Shown here piece by piece: positions 41,266 through 50,876 of a stretch of 64,000 nt of DNA. How positions within the stretch are numbered: the first letter of the stretch is position 1; every line of letters starts with the position of its first letter. The position numbers and the translations under genes are program-made. Under the pieces are notes generated by a model. The model was not told the origin of the DNA. It saw nothing but the letters and a program-made list of their open reading frames with translations, and searched no databases. The DNA is taken from assembly GCA_963782915.1 (NCBI GenBank), contig CAWALK010000012.1, positions 192,001 to 256,000 of the forward strand. Reading direction: 5' to 3'. Source of the DNA: an uncultured archaeon (GTDB taxonomy: Archaea > Thermoproteota > Bathyarchaeia > Bathyarchaeales > Bathycorpusculaceae).

Positions 41266-42207
41266 TTAGTAGGTTACGATGCCGATTCTGGTCATCAAAT
41301 AATCGTAGCCTGCACCTTTGAAGGCACCTACGACTTTACCTTGAACTTCTTTGCCGGGAGTCAGTGCAACCATGCAACCTCCGCCTCCGCCGCCGGTCAA
41401 CTTGGCGCCGAATGCACCCTGCTTACGGGCGATATCAACGAGTTGGTCAAGTTCTTTGCTGGACACGCCGATTTCTTGGAGTATGCGGTGGTTTTCGTTC
41501 ATGAGGTCGCCGCATTTTTTGAGATCGCCTGCTTCGAGTGCTTTTCGCCCTGCAACTGCTAGAGATTCCGCTTGTTTGAAGAGTGGGTCATATTTGGCTG
41601 GGTTAGCTTTTTTGCGGTCAGCGACGCCTTCAACCATGGCTTTGGTGTTGGCGGTTTTGCCTGTGCTGCCGATGACGATTTCGATTGGTTTGCGTACATG
41701 GATTTTTTCGACGAGGTCTTGTCCGCCTGCGGGGTTTTTCTTGAACCACATTAAGCCGCCGTAGGTTGCTGCGGTGTTGTCGATGCCTGATGGGTTGCCT
41801 GCGTAGGCTTTTTCGCCCTCGTAGGCGACTGCGTTGATTTGCTCGTTGGTTAAGCCTAAGTTGAGTTCTTCGCTGATGGCTCGTGCGATGGCGACGCTGG
41901 ATGCTGCTGAAGCGCCTAGGCCGCTGAAGCCGGGTAATGTGCCGCCTATCCAGATGTCAAGCGGAGTTTTGGGGTCTAATTTCATGGCTTTTAGCATGCG
42001 TTCGATGGATTCGATTTGCTGGAGCCGTTTTTCTTCGCCGTAGCCTTTGGCGGTTTTGCGGTCGTCTTTTACGTTTAAGCCTTTTATGGCTTTTTTGACT
42101 TCTGCATCAGTGGAGGAATCAATCGCTGAAACTATGCCGGGAACTCCGTGGACAACGAAGTGTTCGCCGAATAGGATAACTTTTCCGTAACCTGAACCTT
42201 TACCCAT
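41266..42207 (-). CDS. mvk: Mevalonate kinase
   Basis: GKVILFGEHFVVHG; SGLGASAA; PSGIDN; KLTGGGGGG. Confidence 0.93.
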   Translation of the reverse strand: MGKGSGYGKVILFGEHFVVHGVPGIVSAIDSSTDAEVKKAIKGLNVKDDRKTAKGYGEEKRLQQIESIERMLKAMKLDPKTPLDIWIGGTLPGFSGLGASAASSVAIARAISEELNLGLTNEQINAVAYEGEKAYAGNPSGIDNTAATYGGLMWFKKNPAGGQDLVEKIHVRKPIEIVIGSTGKTANTKAMVEGVADRKKANPAKYDPLFKQAESLAVAGRKALEAGDLKKCGDLMNENHRILQEIGVSSKELDQLVDIARKQGAFGAKLTGGGGGGCMVALTPGKEVQGKVVGAFKGAGYDYLMTRIGIVTY

Positions 42208-42305
42208 TGTATGTTCACCTTGAAAGGTAGGTATGGGTTGCTTTTAGATAAAAATGTATGTTTTAGGAAGCAATTTTTGTTGCGGCTTTGATTCTAAATG
42301 GGGGG

Positions 42306-43422
42306 TTACGTTTGGTTGTCTAGTGCCCGATTGAAGTTCCGCAGCTTATCCTGCAGCAGCACCAACGCCAAAGCAATCGCCCCGGCAGCCGCCGCCGCAA
42401 TCCCCGCAGTCAAACCGAAATAGTTGCTATAGGTTACGTAGCGGTTGACTTCGTAGTTGACCTCTTTGCTGGTTGAGTCAGGATTATAGAAAACAATGTA
42501 GCGTGTGACCTGCTGATTTTCTTGTACCCATGCACTGATTGTGAATTGGCCCTTAGTGCCATTGAAGTTGGGGTTCATAGGTACGGTGGTGCCGTTTGGC
42601 CAGTACCCAACCGTTCCGTTTTCATTATTAACGTAAACTTCCACGAAACCGATGTCGGCATCAACTTGGAAGGTGTAGTCGCCTGTTTGATCTTGATAAG
42701 TTATGCATTGCTGGCCGTTTGCAGCTAAGGGGGTGATGCCTTTTGAAACTGTCTCTTGCCCCTGCAACGGATGGGAAAAAGTGTTTGCCGCCCAGAGCCC
42801 CGCCCCAAGAAGAATAATGGCGATTAATAATGAGGCGCCTTTTTTGCCAGTCCACTTGAAAGTCACAACTTTTGCCCTATTCTTAACCGTCCATACAGCG
42901 GGAACAGCCAAGAAACCTAGTACACCCGCCGCCATGAGAGCAATCCCTGCATAATAGCCTGCAGGATTTGATTCATACCAGTCACGCGAAACCTCAAAAT
43001 TCACCTGCTGCACAGCCGCTTCTGGGTTCCAGAAAACAACGTTAGCAACATCCGAAGAACGCGTTAACTACTCTCCAGTAATCCATTCTGTAAGAATCAT
43101 AATTGCCATGGTCCTCGGTTCCAGCCCATGACGCATTATAGTTGCCGCATAGCCAATCTTGTAGGGATTGATTGGAGATGGCGGCGGAAAAAACTGTGCC
43201 CGAATCCTTTGGAATACTAACATAAAGAGTGTAATCCCCCGACGCATCAAGCGGAACACTTCGATAGGTTGTTTGGTTGGCTGCTAAAGGGAAAGTTTCT
43301 GAACTTACAGCTACAGACCTTGCCTGAGGCCCAGAATAGTTCTCCTCCACGATCCATCCTGAAATAAGCATTAACACCGCAATCGCCAATACAAGAACCG
43401 AGAGCTTTCTGAAACGTGACAT
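42306..43422 (-). CDS. Hypothetical membrane protein with duplicated extracellular domains (frameshifted)
   Basis: ORFs 43042-43422 and 42306-43013 share a PLAAN..GDYT repeat. Confidence 0.6.
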
Positions 43423-43536
43423 GTTATTCTATAAGGCGTTGGCTTGTTGGGGTAAAGCCATTTGTGCGTACAAAAAAGTACCGTCTAACCCTTATAGCCC
43501 ACAGAGGGGTGCTTTAAACAGAAAGGCATAAACCGT

Positions 43537-44160
43537 ATGAGTCACGCAAAAACCGTTTATCGGGGCTTCACTGCTGCATCCAGTGCAATCTGTTTATTCT
43601 TGACTGCGCTTTGGCTGCCCCGCTACCTGAATCTGGCGGTTTCGTTAGCGTTTTTTGCCGTTTTAGCGGTTCCCTTCGCCTTAAACTGCCTCAAAACATT
43701 GGATCAATCAAACCAGCATAACCCCGATGCCCATGAAAGCGTCAAAAAAGCAAAAACATTCCTGATGGCACTGCAGGGGTTTGGGTTTGCCTGCTGGTTC
43801 TTCGATGTCATCTCAACCATATTTCTAATTAACATTTTAGGGACAGCTGAGGAGCTGAACATTCTGGGTTGGCCTTTTAGTGCGTTGGGTGCGTTGGCGT
43901 TTTATGTGCCGATGGTTTTTGTAGCTTACTTTTTGCTGTTTGGTATGAAATCAAAGTTGTCGTTCTATGGGACAGCGGTGATTTCTGTGTTGGTGGTGTT
44001 TATGGGCGCTTTGAACCTTAATGCTGCACTGTATAACTTTGGCAAAATCGATCCTTATTCGTCGTTGGGGGATTTTGTGGTGGTTGGGTTGTGGCTTGGG
44101 GTTTTGGCGGTTTTGGCAGTTGTTAATGTTGCCGCTGTTAGAGCTAAAAGACAAGCTTGA
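43537..44160 (+). CDS. Hypothetical polytopic membrane protein
   Basis: About 6 TMs; DVIST..ELN motif. Confidence 0.7.
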   Translation: MSHAKTVYRGFTAASSAICLFLTALWLPRYLNLAVSLAFFAVLAVPFALNCLKTLDQSNQHNPDAHESVKKAKTFLMALQGFGFACWFFDVISTIFLINILGTAEELNILGWPFSALGALAFYVPMVFVAYFLLFGMKSKLSFYGTAVISVLVVFMGALNLNAALYNFGKIDPYSSLGDFVVVGLWLGVLAVLAVVNVAAVRAKRQA

Positions 44161-44263
44161 TGTGGAATAATCGGAAAACCGCTAACTTGAGTTAGTAGGA
44201 CTTTTCCCACTATATTCCTTGGCAAGAAGTCTTTTTATTGCCATCAGGTTCTATTAGCTATCT

Positions 44264-44506
44264 ATGGGTGCTATAGCCAAAGGTTCTGTTAGTCCCAGCA
44301 TCAAGACGTACTTAGTGATTGGGCTTGGCGTTATTGGTGCAATTTTACTTGTTCTTGGCATTATACTTTCAATATACGGATTTAATGCAGGCATTGGGCT
44401 GGCTGTTTTTGGCTTAATAATTATAATAGTTACAGTCATCGTTTTCATAGTGGCGACGGACGGTATAGACACATCACCTGGAGGTTACATCAATTCTGGA
44501 CCATAA
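44264..44506 (+). CDS. Small two-TM protein
   Basis: 80-aa hydrophobic ORF. Confidence 0.55.
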   Translation: MGAIAKGSVSPSIKTYLVIGLGVIGAILLVLGIILSIYGFNAGIGLAVFGLIIIIVTVIVFIVATDGIDTSPGGYINSGP

Positions 44507-44667
44507 ACAAACAAAGCATCGAAAAACCGCTAAACTAAATCAAATATCTTTCGAGCGATGTAGTGGACCCATCCTATGTTTATTGTTAGGTCAAGAAACC
44601 TTGACTGGGCTTAGTCAAGAAACCTATACAAGAATACTTTTAACCAAAGTCCACCCTAAAGAGGAAT

Positions 44668-46101
44668 ATGCGAAAAACTGGTAAGGTCTTAGTAGTACTG
44701 ATAGCCGTAATCTTCCTAAGTTCAATGGCTGTCTTCCAAACTGCACCAGTTAAAGCACAATCAAAAACAATCGTTGTTCCTGATGATTATCCAATGATTG
44801 CTTCAGCGATGGGAAATGCAACAAATGGCGATATAATACTTGTAAGGTCAGGAACTTACAATGAACTGACGTTACAGACAAACAAGAGCATATCATTGAT
44901 TGGTGAAGGTTCAACCAGCACCATAGTTAACCTGCATCCACCAAGTGAACCAATATACATTATGGGACAATATACCGGCATGGGAGCAACGGCGATCTAT
45001 TTTCGTGCAAATAATTTGGTTATGTCAGGATTAACAATAAACAGCTATGGAGGCATGTCTGTCATTGGCAATAATGCGATTATTATGGGTAATACGATTA
45101 ATGATTATGCGCAGTCTTGGTTCAACGTCGTAGGCAACTATGAAACCATCTCAAACAACACGTCAAACACAGTTATCAATGTTGAATGCTCCTATTCGAA
45201 AATCTGTGGTAACAATGGAATAGGCGGTATAAGTAATTCTGGTTCTTTCAATTCTATCTTCGCCAATAATATGGCGATGGTTGTAGGTGGTTATTTTAGT
45301 AGTTCGAACCTTTATTATGGGAACATTGTTAAAAAATGGAAAAGGTATCTATGTGGGCAATAGTGATATTGTTTATAACAATACCATTACTCAATGCACT
45401 CAAGGTATCTGTATTGCACAAGGTTCACACAACGTTATCGTTGGTAACACTATAACTTATAATTCTGGACCAGGTCTTGCAACAGTAAGTTATGTGCAAG
45501 GTAGTTTGCAAACGAATACTGGATTCGATAATACTAGTTTACGGGAACAATGTGGCTCATAATGCTATTGGTGTTCGTACTTTCACTCTTAATATTTGGC
45601 ATGGGGCAACTATACTTTCTATGATAATAATTTCGTTGACAATGCGCAACAAGCAGAAGTCATTGTTTCTAATTCCACATCGACTTATGAGAACTATTTA
45701 TGGCAAAACCGTCCTTGGAGCGATTACTGGAATAATAGTGGAGCGGGCAATTACTGGAGCGATTACTTGTCCTAGTTACCCTAATGCGTCTCAAGTAGAA
45801 TTATCGGCGGTATGGAATACGCCTTACGTTGTAGGTGGCATAAACTGGATAATTTTCCACTTATAATCCTTTCAACGCTTCAAGTTTGAATGTCCAAGTA
45901 CCTTCTTGGGCAGATGTTAAAATTCCAACTCCGCTTCTAACGCCTTCATTTCCAACACCCCATCTTTCTAAATCTACGGGTTCCACTCCAATAGCTTCTC
46001 CCAGTCCTGCCGTTCCAGAGTTGTCTTGGTTAGCAATCTTGCCTTTTCTTTTAGCCACCCCTTTGATTGCCTTAGTACTTCTAAGAAAAAAGAGGAGCTA
46101 A
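44668..46101 (+). CDS. NosD-like right-handed beta-helix surface protein with PEL/PEF-type C-terminal sorting signal (multiple frameshifts)
   Basis: TIVVPDDY..GDIILVRSGTY; Asn-rich helix repeats; GNYWSDY; VPELSW-TM-RKKRS. Confidence 0.75.
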
Positions 46102-46102
46102 A

Positions 46103-46963
46103 ATGAACAAACCTGTCTTAGCCCTAATACTAATCTTAGCAGCCTCAAGCCTAATAATAACCCAAACAGCCTCCGCAGTATCTAAACCAATGACGCCAGA
46201 ATTCACCGTACAGTACGTTGATAACTCATACGATATACCCCCAAATTACACCACAGACCCCTATACAGGAAGAAACACCACCACAAACGGTTCAGGCGAA
46301 CATATAGACGACTGCTCGGTAACATTCACAATCGAAAACCAACCGTTTACACCCTATACCGATGCAAGCGGCAACCAAATTCAACTATACTATAACTTTA
46401 GATTCAAAGGCCACTACGGCGACACATGGATCTACTACCCATTCAATGGCACACAAACCACTCATTCCTACGGTGCATATTCAGGCGGATTCTTCAAACC
46501 CTATCCAGCTTCAACCAACACATACACAATTTACTCCATTAAACTCAGTACATTGCTAGCCCACACTTACGGCAGTGACATTCCATCCGGCAGCACACTT
46601 GATTTTCAAGTGCAGACACAGATAGGCCACATTGATCCGATAAACTCAGGCATGATAGCAGGGAATTTCTATAACTTCACCGGAGAATCAAGTGACTGGA
46701 GCAGCATCCAGACTGTAACAGTAGGGAAGGGTTCGGTATCTGTACCGACGCCGACACAATCTGCACCGACCCCAACAGAACCCGCTTCACAGAACCCAAA
46801 TTACCCAGCCACCAGCCCAATACAACCAGCCACCCAGACGGATACACTGCTGGGTCTTGATTGGAGGGATATGGCTATTGTTCTATTGGCTGTGGCGCTT
46901 GGCACAGTGGTTTTGGTTGTGGTGTTTTCGCGCAGGAAACATGGCGCGGTATCTTCACCTTAG
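46103..46963 (+). CDS. Secreted hypothetical protein with C-terminal TM
   Basis: Signal peptide; PEFTV..SYDIPP..DPYTG; FQVQ..IG; GESSDWS. Confidence 0.75.
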   Translation: MNKPVLALILILAASSLIITQTASAVSKPMTPEFTVQYVDNSYDIPPNYTTDPYTGRNTTTNGSGEHIDDCSVTFTIENQPFTPYTDASGNQIQLYYNFRFKGHYGDTWIYYPFNGTQTTHSYGAYSGGFFKPYPASTNTYTIYSIKLSTLLAHTYGSDIPSGSTLDFQVQTQIGHIDPINSGMIAGNFYNFTGESSDWSSIQTVTVGKGSVSVPTPTQSAPTPTEPASQNPNYPATSPIQPATQTDTLLGLDWRDMAIVLLAVALGTVVLVVVFSRRKHGAVSSP

Positions 46964-46997
46964 TTTTTCTCGCTTAGCAGTAGATCAGAAGTTTGTT

Positions 46998-47135
46998 CTG
47001 CTGCAGAAGTCTCCTCAACCAGCCTGCAACCGCCTAAACTAACCAATACCAAAACAGCTGCTGCACACAAGTTTGCTGGTTGTTGTTGAAATAAGAAGGG
47101 CACATGGCAACAACCAAATAAAGGAAAACAAGCAA
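46998..47135 (+). repeat. ~135-bp structured dispersed repeat R2
   Basis: Aligns with 26228-26364 over its full length. Confidence 0.85.
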
Positions 47136-47310
47136 CCCCCAAAGTAAATCTACTGTTAAACAAGCGGCTATGTCTCTCCCTGAGAAGTTACGTGGTTTCT
47201 CCATGGACAAAGCTGCCCCTCTGCGGTATGTGCTAGAAGCTATGGAGCTATCTTTCCGAAACCTAAAATAAGCCCCTAACAAAAATATAGCCACTTGAGG
47301 TTATAGTTGC

Positions 47311-48563
47311 GTGTCATCAATCATCGAGGACCTCATTGCCCGAAAAATTTTCAATAACCGCGGCGATGAAACCATAGAAGTCGATGTAATCACTGCGGGT
47401 GGATTCGGACGTGCAGGTGCTCCAGCAGGCAAAAGCAGAGGCAAAGCTGAAGTAGTATACTATCCACAAGGCGGCGTTGAGGCAGCCATAAAAAAAGTCG
47501 ATGATTTGATTGCACCTGAACTTGCAGGCTTAAACGCCGATTTCCAAGAAGAAATCGACAATACACTCCACGAAATCGATGGAACCACAGATTTCAAGAA
47601 CATCGGCGGAAACACCGCATTCGCCGTAAGCCTCGCAAACGCAGAAGCAGCAGCCAACGCCACGGATTATTATTATTCCAGTTTCTTGGCGGAAACGCAG
47701 CAACCACCCTACCTTACCCATTGGGTAACTGCATAAGCGGCGGCGCACATGCCCGCGGCAAAGCACCCAGCGTACAAGAATACCTAGCGTTGCCCCATGG
47801 CGCGGAAAGTTTCCTCGAAGCCCAAACCGCCAATACACAAATCCACAAAAAAATCGGAGACTCACTCAAAAAGAAATCCACCACGTTTAACGGTGGCAAA
47901 AGCGACGAAGGCGCATGGATAGCAAACATCTCAACCGACGACGCCTTCGAAGTTATGGCTAAAGCCTGCGAAGAAGTAGGCAACGAAATGGATTTCGAAT
48001 GCGGCTTTGGCATAGACGTTGCAGCTAGCAGTTTCTGGAAGCCAAAAGAAGAAAAATATATCTATGAAAACGAAGGCATAAAACGCGATACAGCCGAACA
48101 ACTCGAGTACATGCTAAGTTTAATAGAGAAATATCATTTAGAATATGTTGAAGATCCATTCCATGAAGATGACTTCGACAGCTTCGCAGAACTTACCAAG
48201 AAATCAAAGAATTGCTTAATTTGCGGCGACGATTTGTTCACAACTAATACTGAAAGGTTAAATAACGGAATTAAGATTAACGCTGGAAACGCTATCATCA
48301 TCAAAGTCAACCAGATAGGCACATTAACCGATGCAGCTGAAACAATCGAGACCGCATTACGCAACGGTTATGTTCCTGTCGTGTCACATCGGTCAGGCGA
48401 CACATGCGATTGGCACATCGCCCATTTGGCTGTAGCCTACAAATGCCCAGTCATCAAAACTGGCACAGTTGAAGGTTCACGTATAGCCAAACTAAACGAG
48501 CTAATACGCATCGAGCATTTCCTTGGCAACAGAGCCAAAATGGCTGACCTAAATATACACTAA
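47311..48563 (+). CDS. eno: Enolase (frameshift near 47660)
   Basis: IFNNRG..EVDV; GGAHA; EDPF; GDDLF; IKVNQIG; SHRSGD. Confidence 0.92.
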
Positions 48564-48570
48564 AGAGAAG

Positions 48571-49368
48571 ATGAACCCAATGTCTGAAGACCAAGTTAAA
48601 GAAAATCAACCAACAGAAAACCCGGAAGAAGAGCAAGAAGAAGAAATCGAAACCGTAGAGGCTCCACAAGAAGAAACCACTGAAGTCGCCGCTGAAGAAA
48701 CCGCAGAAGGCGAAGCAGAGGAAGAAGAAGCACAGGAAGCCCAACCGGAAGAAACCCTCCTTCTACCAAGAGACACCCTGCTCTCCGCAGGCATCCACAT
48801 CGGCACAAGGATGAAAACACTCGACATGGAACCATTCATCTACCGTGTCCGACCAGACGGCTTATTCGTCTTAGACGTCAAAAAAACAGACGACCGCATC
48901 AGAGTAACAGCAAAATTCCTTTCACGATATGAACCATCCAAAGTTGCCATAGCAGCAACCCGCCTATACGCACATGAACCAGTCAAAATGTTCTGCAAAC
49001 TAACAGGCGCAACACCACTCATCGGCAGATTCATCCCAGGCCAACTATCAAATCCACAATACAAAAACCGCGTTGACCCAGAAGTCATCCTCGTATGTGA
49101 CCCACGTGCAGACGCACAAGCAGTCAAAGAAGCATCCACCGTCGGCATACCCATCGTTGCACTCTGCAGCACAGACAACGAATTCTCAGGCGTAGACCTA
49201 GTCATCCCAACCAACAACAAAGGCCGCCGTGCACTCGCAGTCATATTCTGGCTCTTAGCACGCCAAGTCCTCAGAGAAAGAGGCGAATTAGGCGCAGACA
49301 AAGACCCATCCGTAACCATCGAAGACTTTGAAGCAAAAGTCACACGCGAAGAGGAGGAGGACACCTAA
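48571..49368 (+). CDS. rps2: 30S ribosomal protein S2 with acidic N-terminal extension
   Basis: AGIHIGT; GRFIPG; IPTNNKGRRALA. Confidence 0.95.
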   Translation: MNPMSEDQVKENQPTENPEEEQEEEIETVEAPQEETTEVAAEETAEGEAEEEEAQEAQPEETLLLPRDTLLSAGIHIGTRMKTLDMEPFIYRVRPDGLFVLDVKKTDDRIRVTAKFLSRYEPSKVAIAATRLYAHEPVKMFCKLTGATPLIGRFIPGQLSNPQYKNRVDPEVILVCDPRADAQAVKEASTVGIPIVALCSTDNEFSGVDLVIPTNNKGRRALAVIFWLLARQVLRERGELGADKDPSVTIEDFEAKVTREEEEDT

Positions 49369-49372
49369 AAGT

Positions 49373-50226
49373 TTGTCTCCGCTCCGGCGTGCAGTAGTTG
49401 CTTCTCAATTTTATGAGGGCAGCGCCGAAGCGCTCAGAGCACAACTTAACGGTTGTTTTCTCCATAAACTCGGACCACAAAAAACCCCCAAAATTAACCA
49501 AACAACTCACCCACGAAACATCGTGGGTTTAATTTGTCCCCACGCAGGCTACTTGTATAGTGGCCCCGTGGCGGCATCTGCTTTTTACGAATTAGCTATC
49601 GATGGCAAACCCGACACTGTCGTTCTTTTAGGACCTAACCATACTGGGTATGGCAGCGCACTTTCAATTATGCGTGAGGGCACATGGCAAACCCCACTTG
49701 GCAATGTGGAAATCGATTCGGCAGTGGCTGATGCGATTCTTGCATGAAACCAAAATTTTAGACGTTGACGAACTTGCGCACCGCTTTGAGCATTCACTCG
49801 AAGTCCAACTGCCTTTCCTGCAGTATCTCTATGGCAACGCATTCAAGATTGTGCCCATTTCGTTTTTGATGCAGGATTATGATTCAGCAGTTGAAGTTGG
49901 CAGAGCACTGGTTGAAGCCTTGGATGCCACAAATTCAGTTGTAATTGCCTCTTCTGACATGACCCACTATGAACCTGCGAAGGTGGCGGCAGCTAAAGAC
50001 CACGCCGCCCTCGAAGCAAGTCACCGCCCTAAATGCCAAAGGCTTCTACGAAACCGTTGAAAGCCAGAACATCACCGCATGCGGCTACGCCCCAATAACC
50101 GCATTAATCACCTATGCAGTCGGCGTCAACGCAAAAGCCGAATTGTTCAGCTACCATAACAGCGGCGACATAACAGGCGACCCCTCAAGCGTCGTCGGCT
50201 ATGCAGCAGTAAAATTCAGCAAGTAG
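49373..50226 (+). CDS. amrB: MEMO1-family protein (AmmeMemoRadiSam protein B), frameshifted
   Basis: PHAGYLYSG; GPNHTG; EHSLEVQLPFL; SSDMTHY; CGYAP; VVGY across three frames. Confidence 0.9.
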
Positions 50227-50285
50227 CTGCTCCGAAAAAATCTTATACACAATGCCCTGTATTTAGCAACCAAGGGATAACAGGC

Positions 50286-50849
50286 ATGAAAATCAATTAC
50301 TTAGGCCTAATAGCCGCAATACTCGCCATTGCAGGTTTAGCACTACCATGGTTCACTTTTACGATGAATGCACCCTACGATAACATCAACGCAGCCTTCA
50401 CCGTTTACCTCTACCAAATCCAAGGCACCATAAACGGGGTTTCAGCCACTGCATTTGCCAACGTCTGGTTTGTCTTTGGCGGTTTAGCTTTAGCGGCAGT
50501 TACTGTTGTATGCTGTTTTGCTGGGGCTTTTTTGGCGGGTAGGAAAGGGCAGGTTTTGCTGTTGCTGGCTGGCATCATGGCGTTGCTTTCTATGGTGGCA
50601 TTTGGCGGCGGGTTGCTAATGAGCGACTATGTACGCACAGCCTTAGAACCTGGTGCGGTGATGGCTTTCTTCCCAAGCAACGCTTTAGGCATAACAACTG
50701 ACACTGCAATGGGCGCTTTTTACAATAACATAGAGTGGTGGCTTGGTTATGGTTTCTGGGTAACCATAGGCACTGCGATACTGGCGTTTATGGCTGCTGT
50801 GGCTCCTTCGCTTTCAAAGAAGTCTGCGGCTAAATCAACCGAAAAATAA
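50286..50849 (+). CDS. Hypothetical membrane protein
   Basis: LPWF, four TMs, GYGFW. Confidence 0.7.
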   Translation: MKINYLGLIAAILAIAGLALPWFTFTMNAPYDNINAAFTVYLYQIQGTINGVSATAFANVWFVFGGLALAAVTVVCCFAGAFLAGRKGQVLLLLAGIMALLSMVAFGGGLLMSDYVRTALEPGAVMAFFPSNALGITTDTAMGAFYNNIEWWLGYGFWVTIGTAILAFMAAVAPSLSKKSAAKSTEK

Positions 50850-50876
50850 ACTTTTTTCCTTTTTTGAACTTTATCG

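Noticed and set aside
47311-48563. Enolase (and acnX, feoB, amrB) as true pseudogenes or programmed frameshifts
   Set aside because: Motifs are intact, no common slippery site is visible, and too many core genes are affected; sequencing error is more parsimonious
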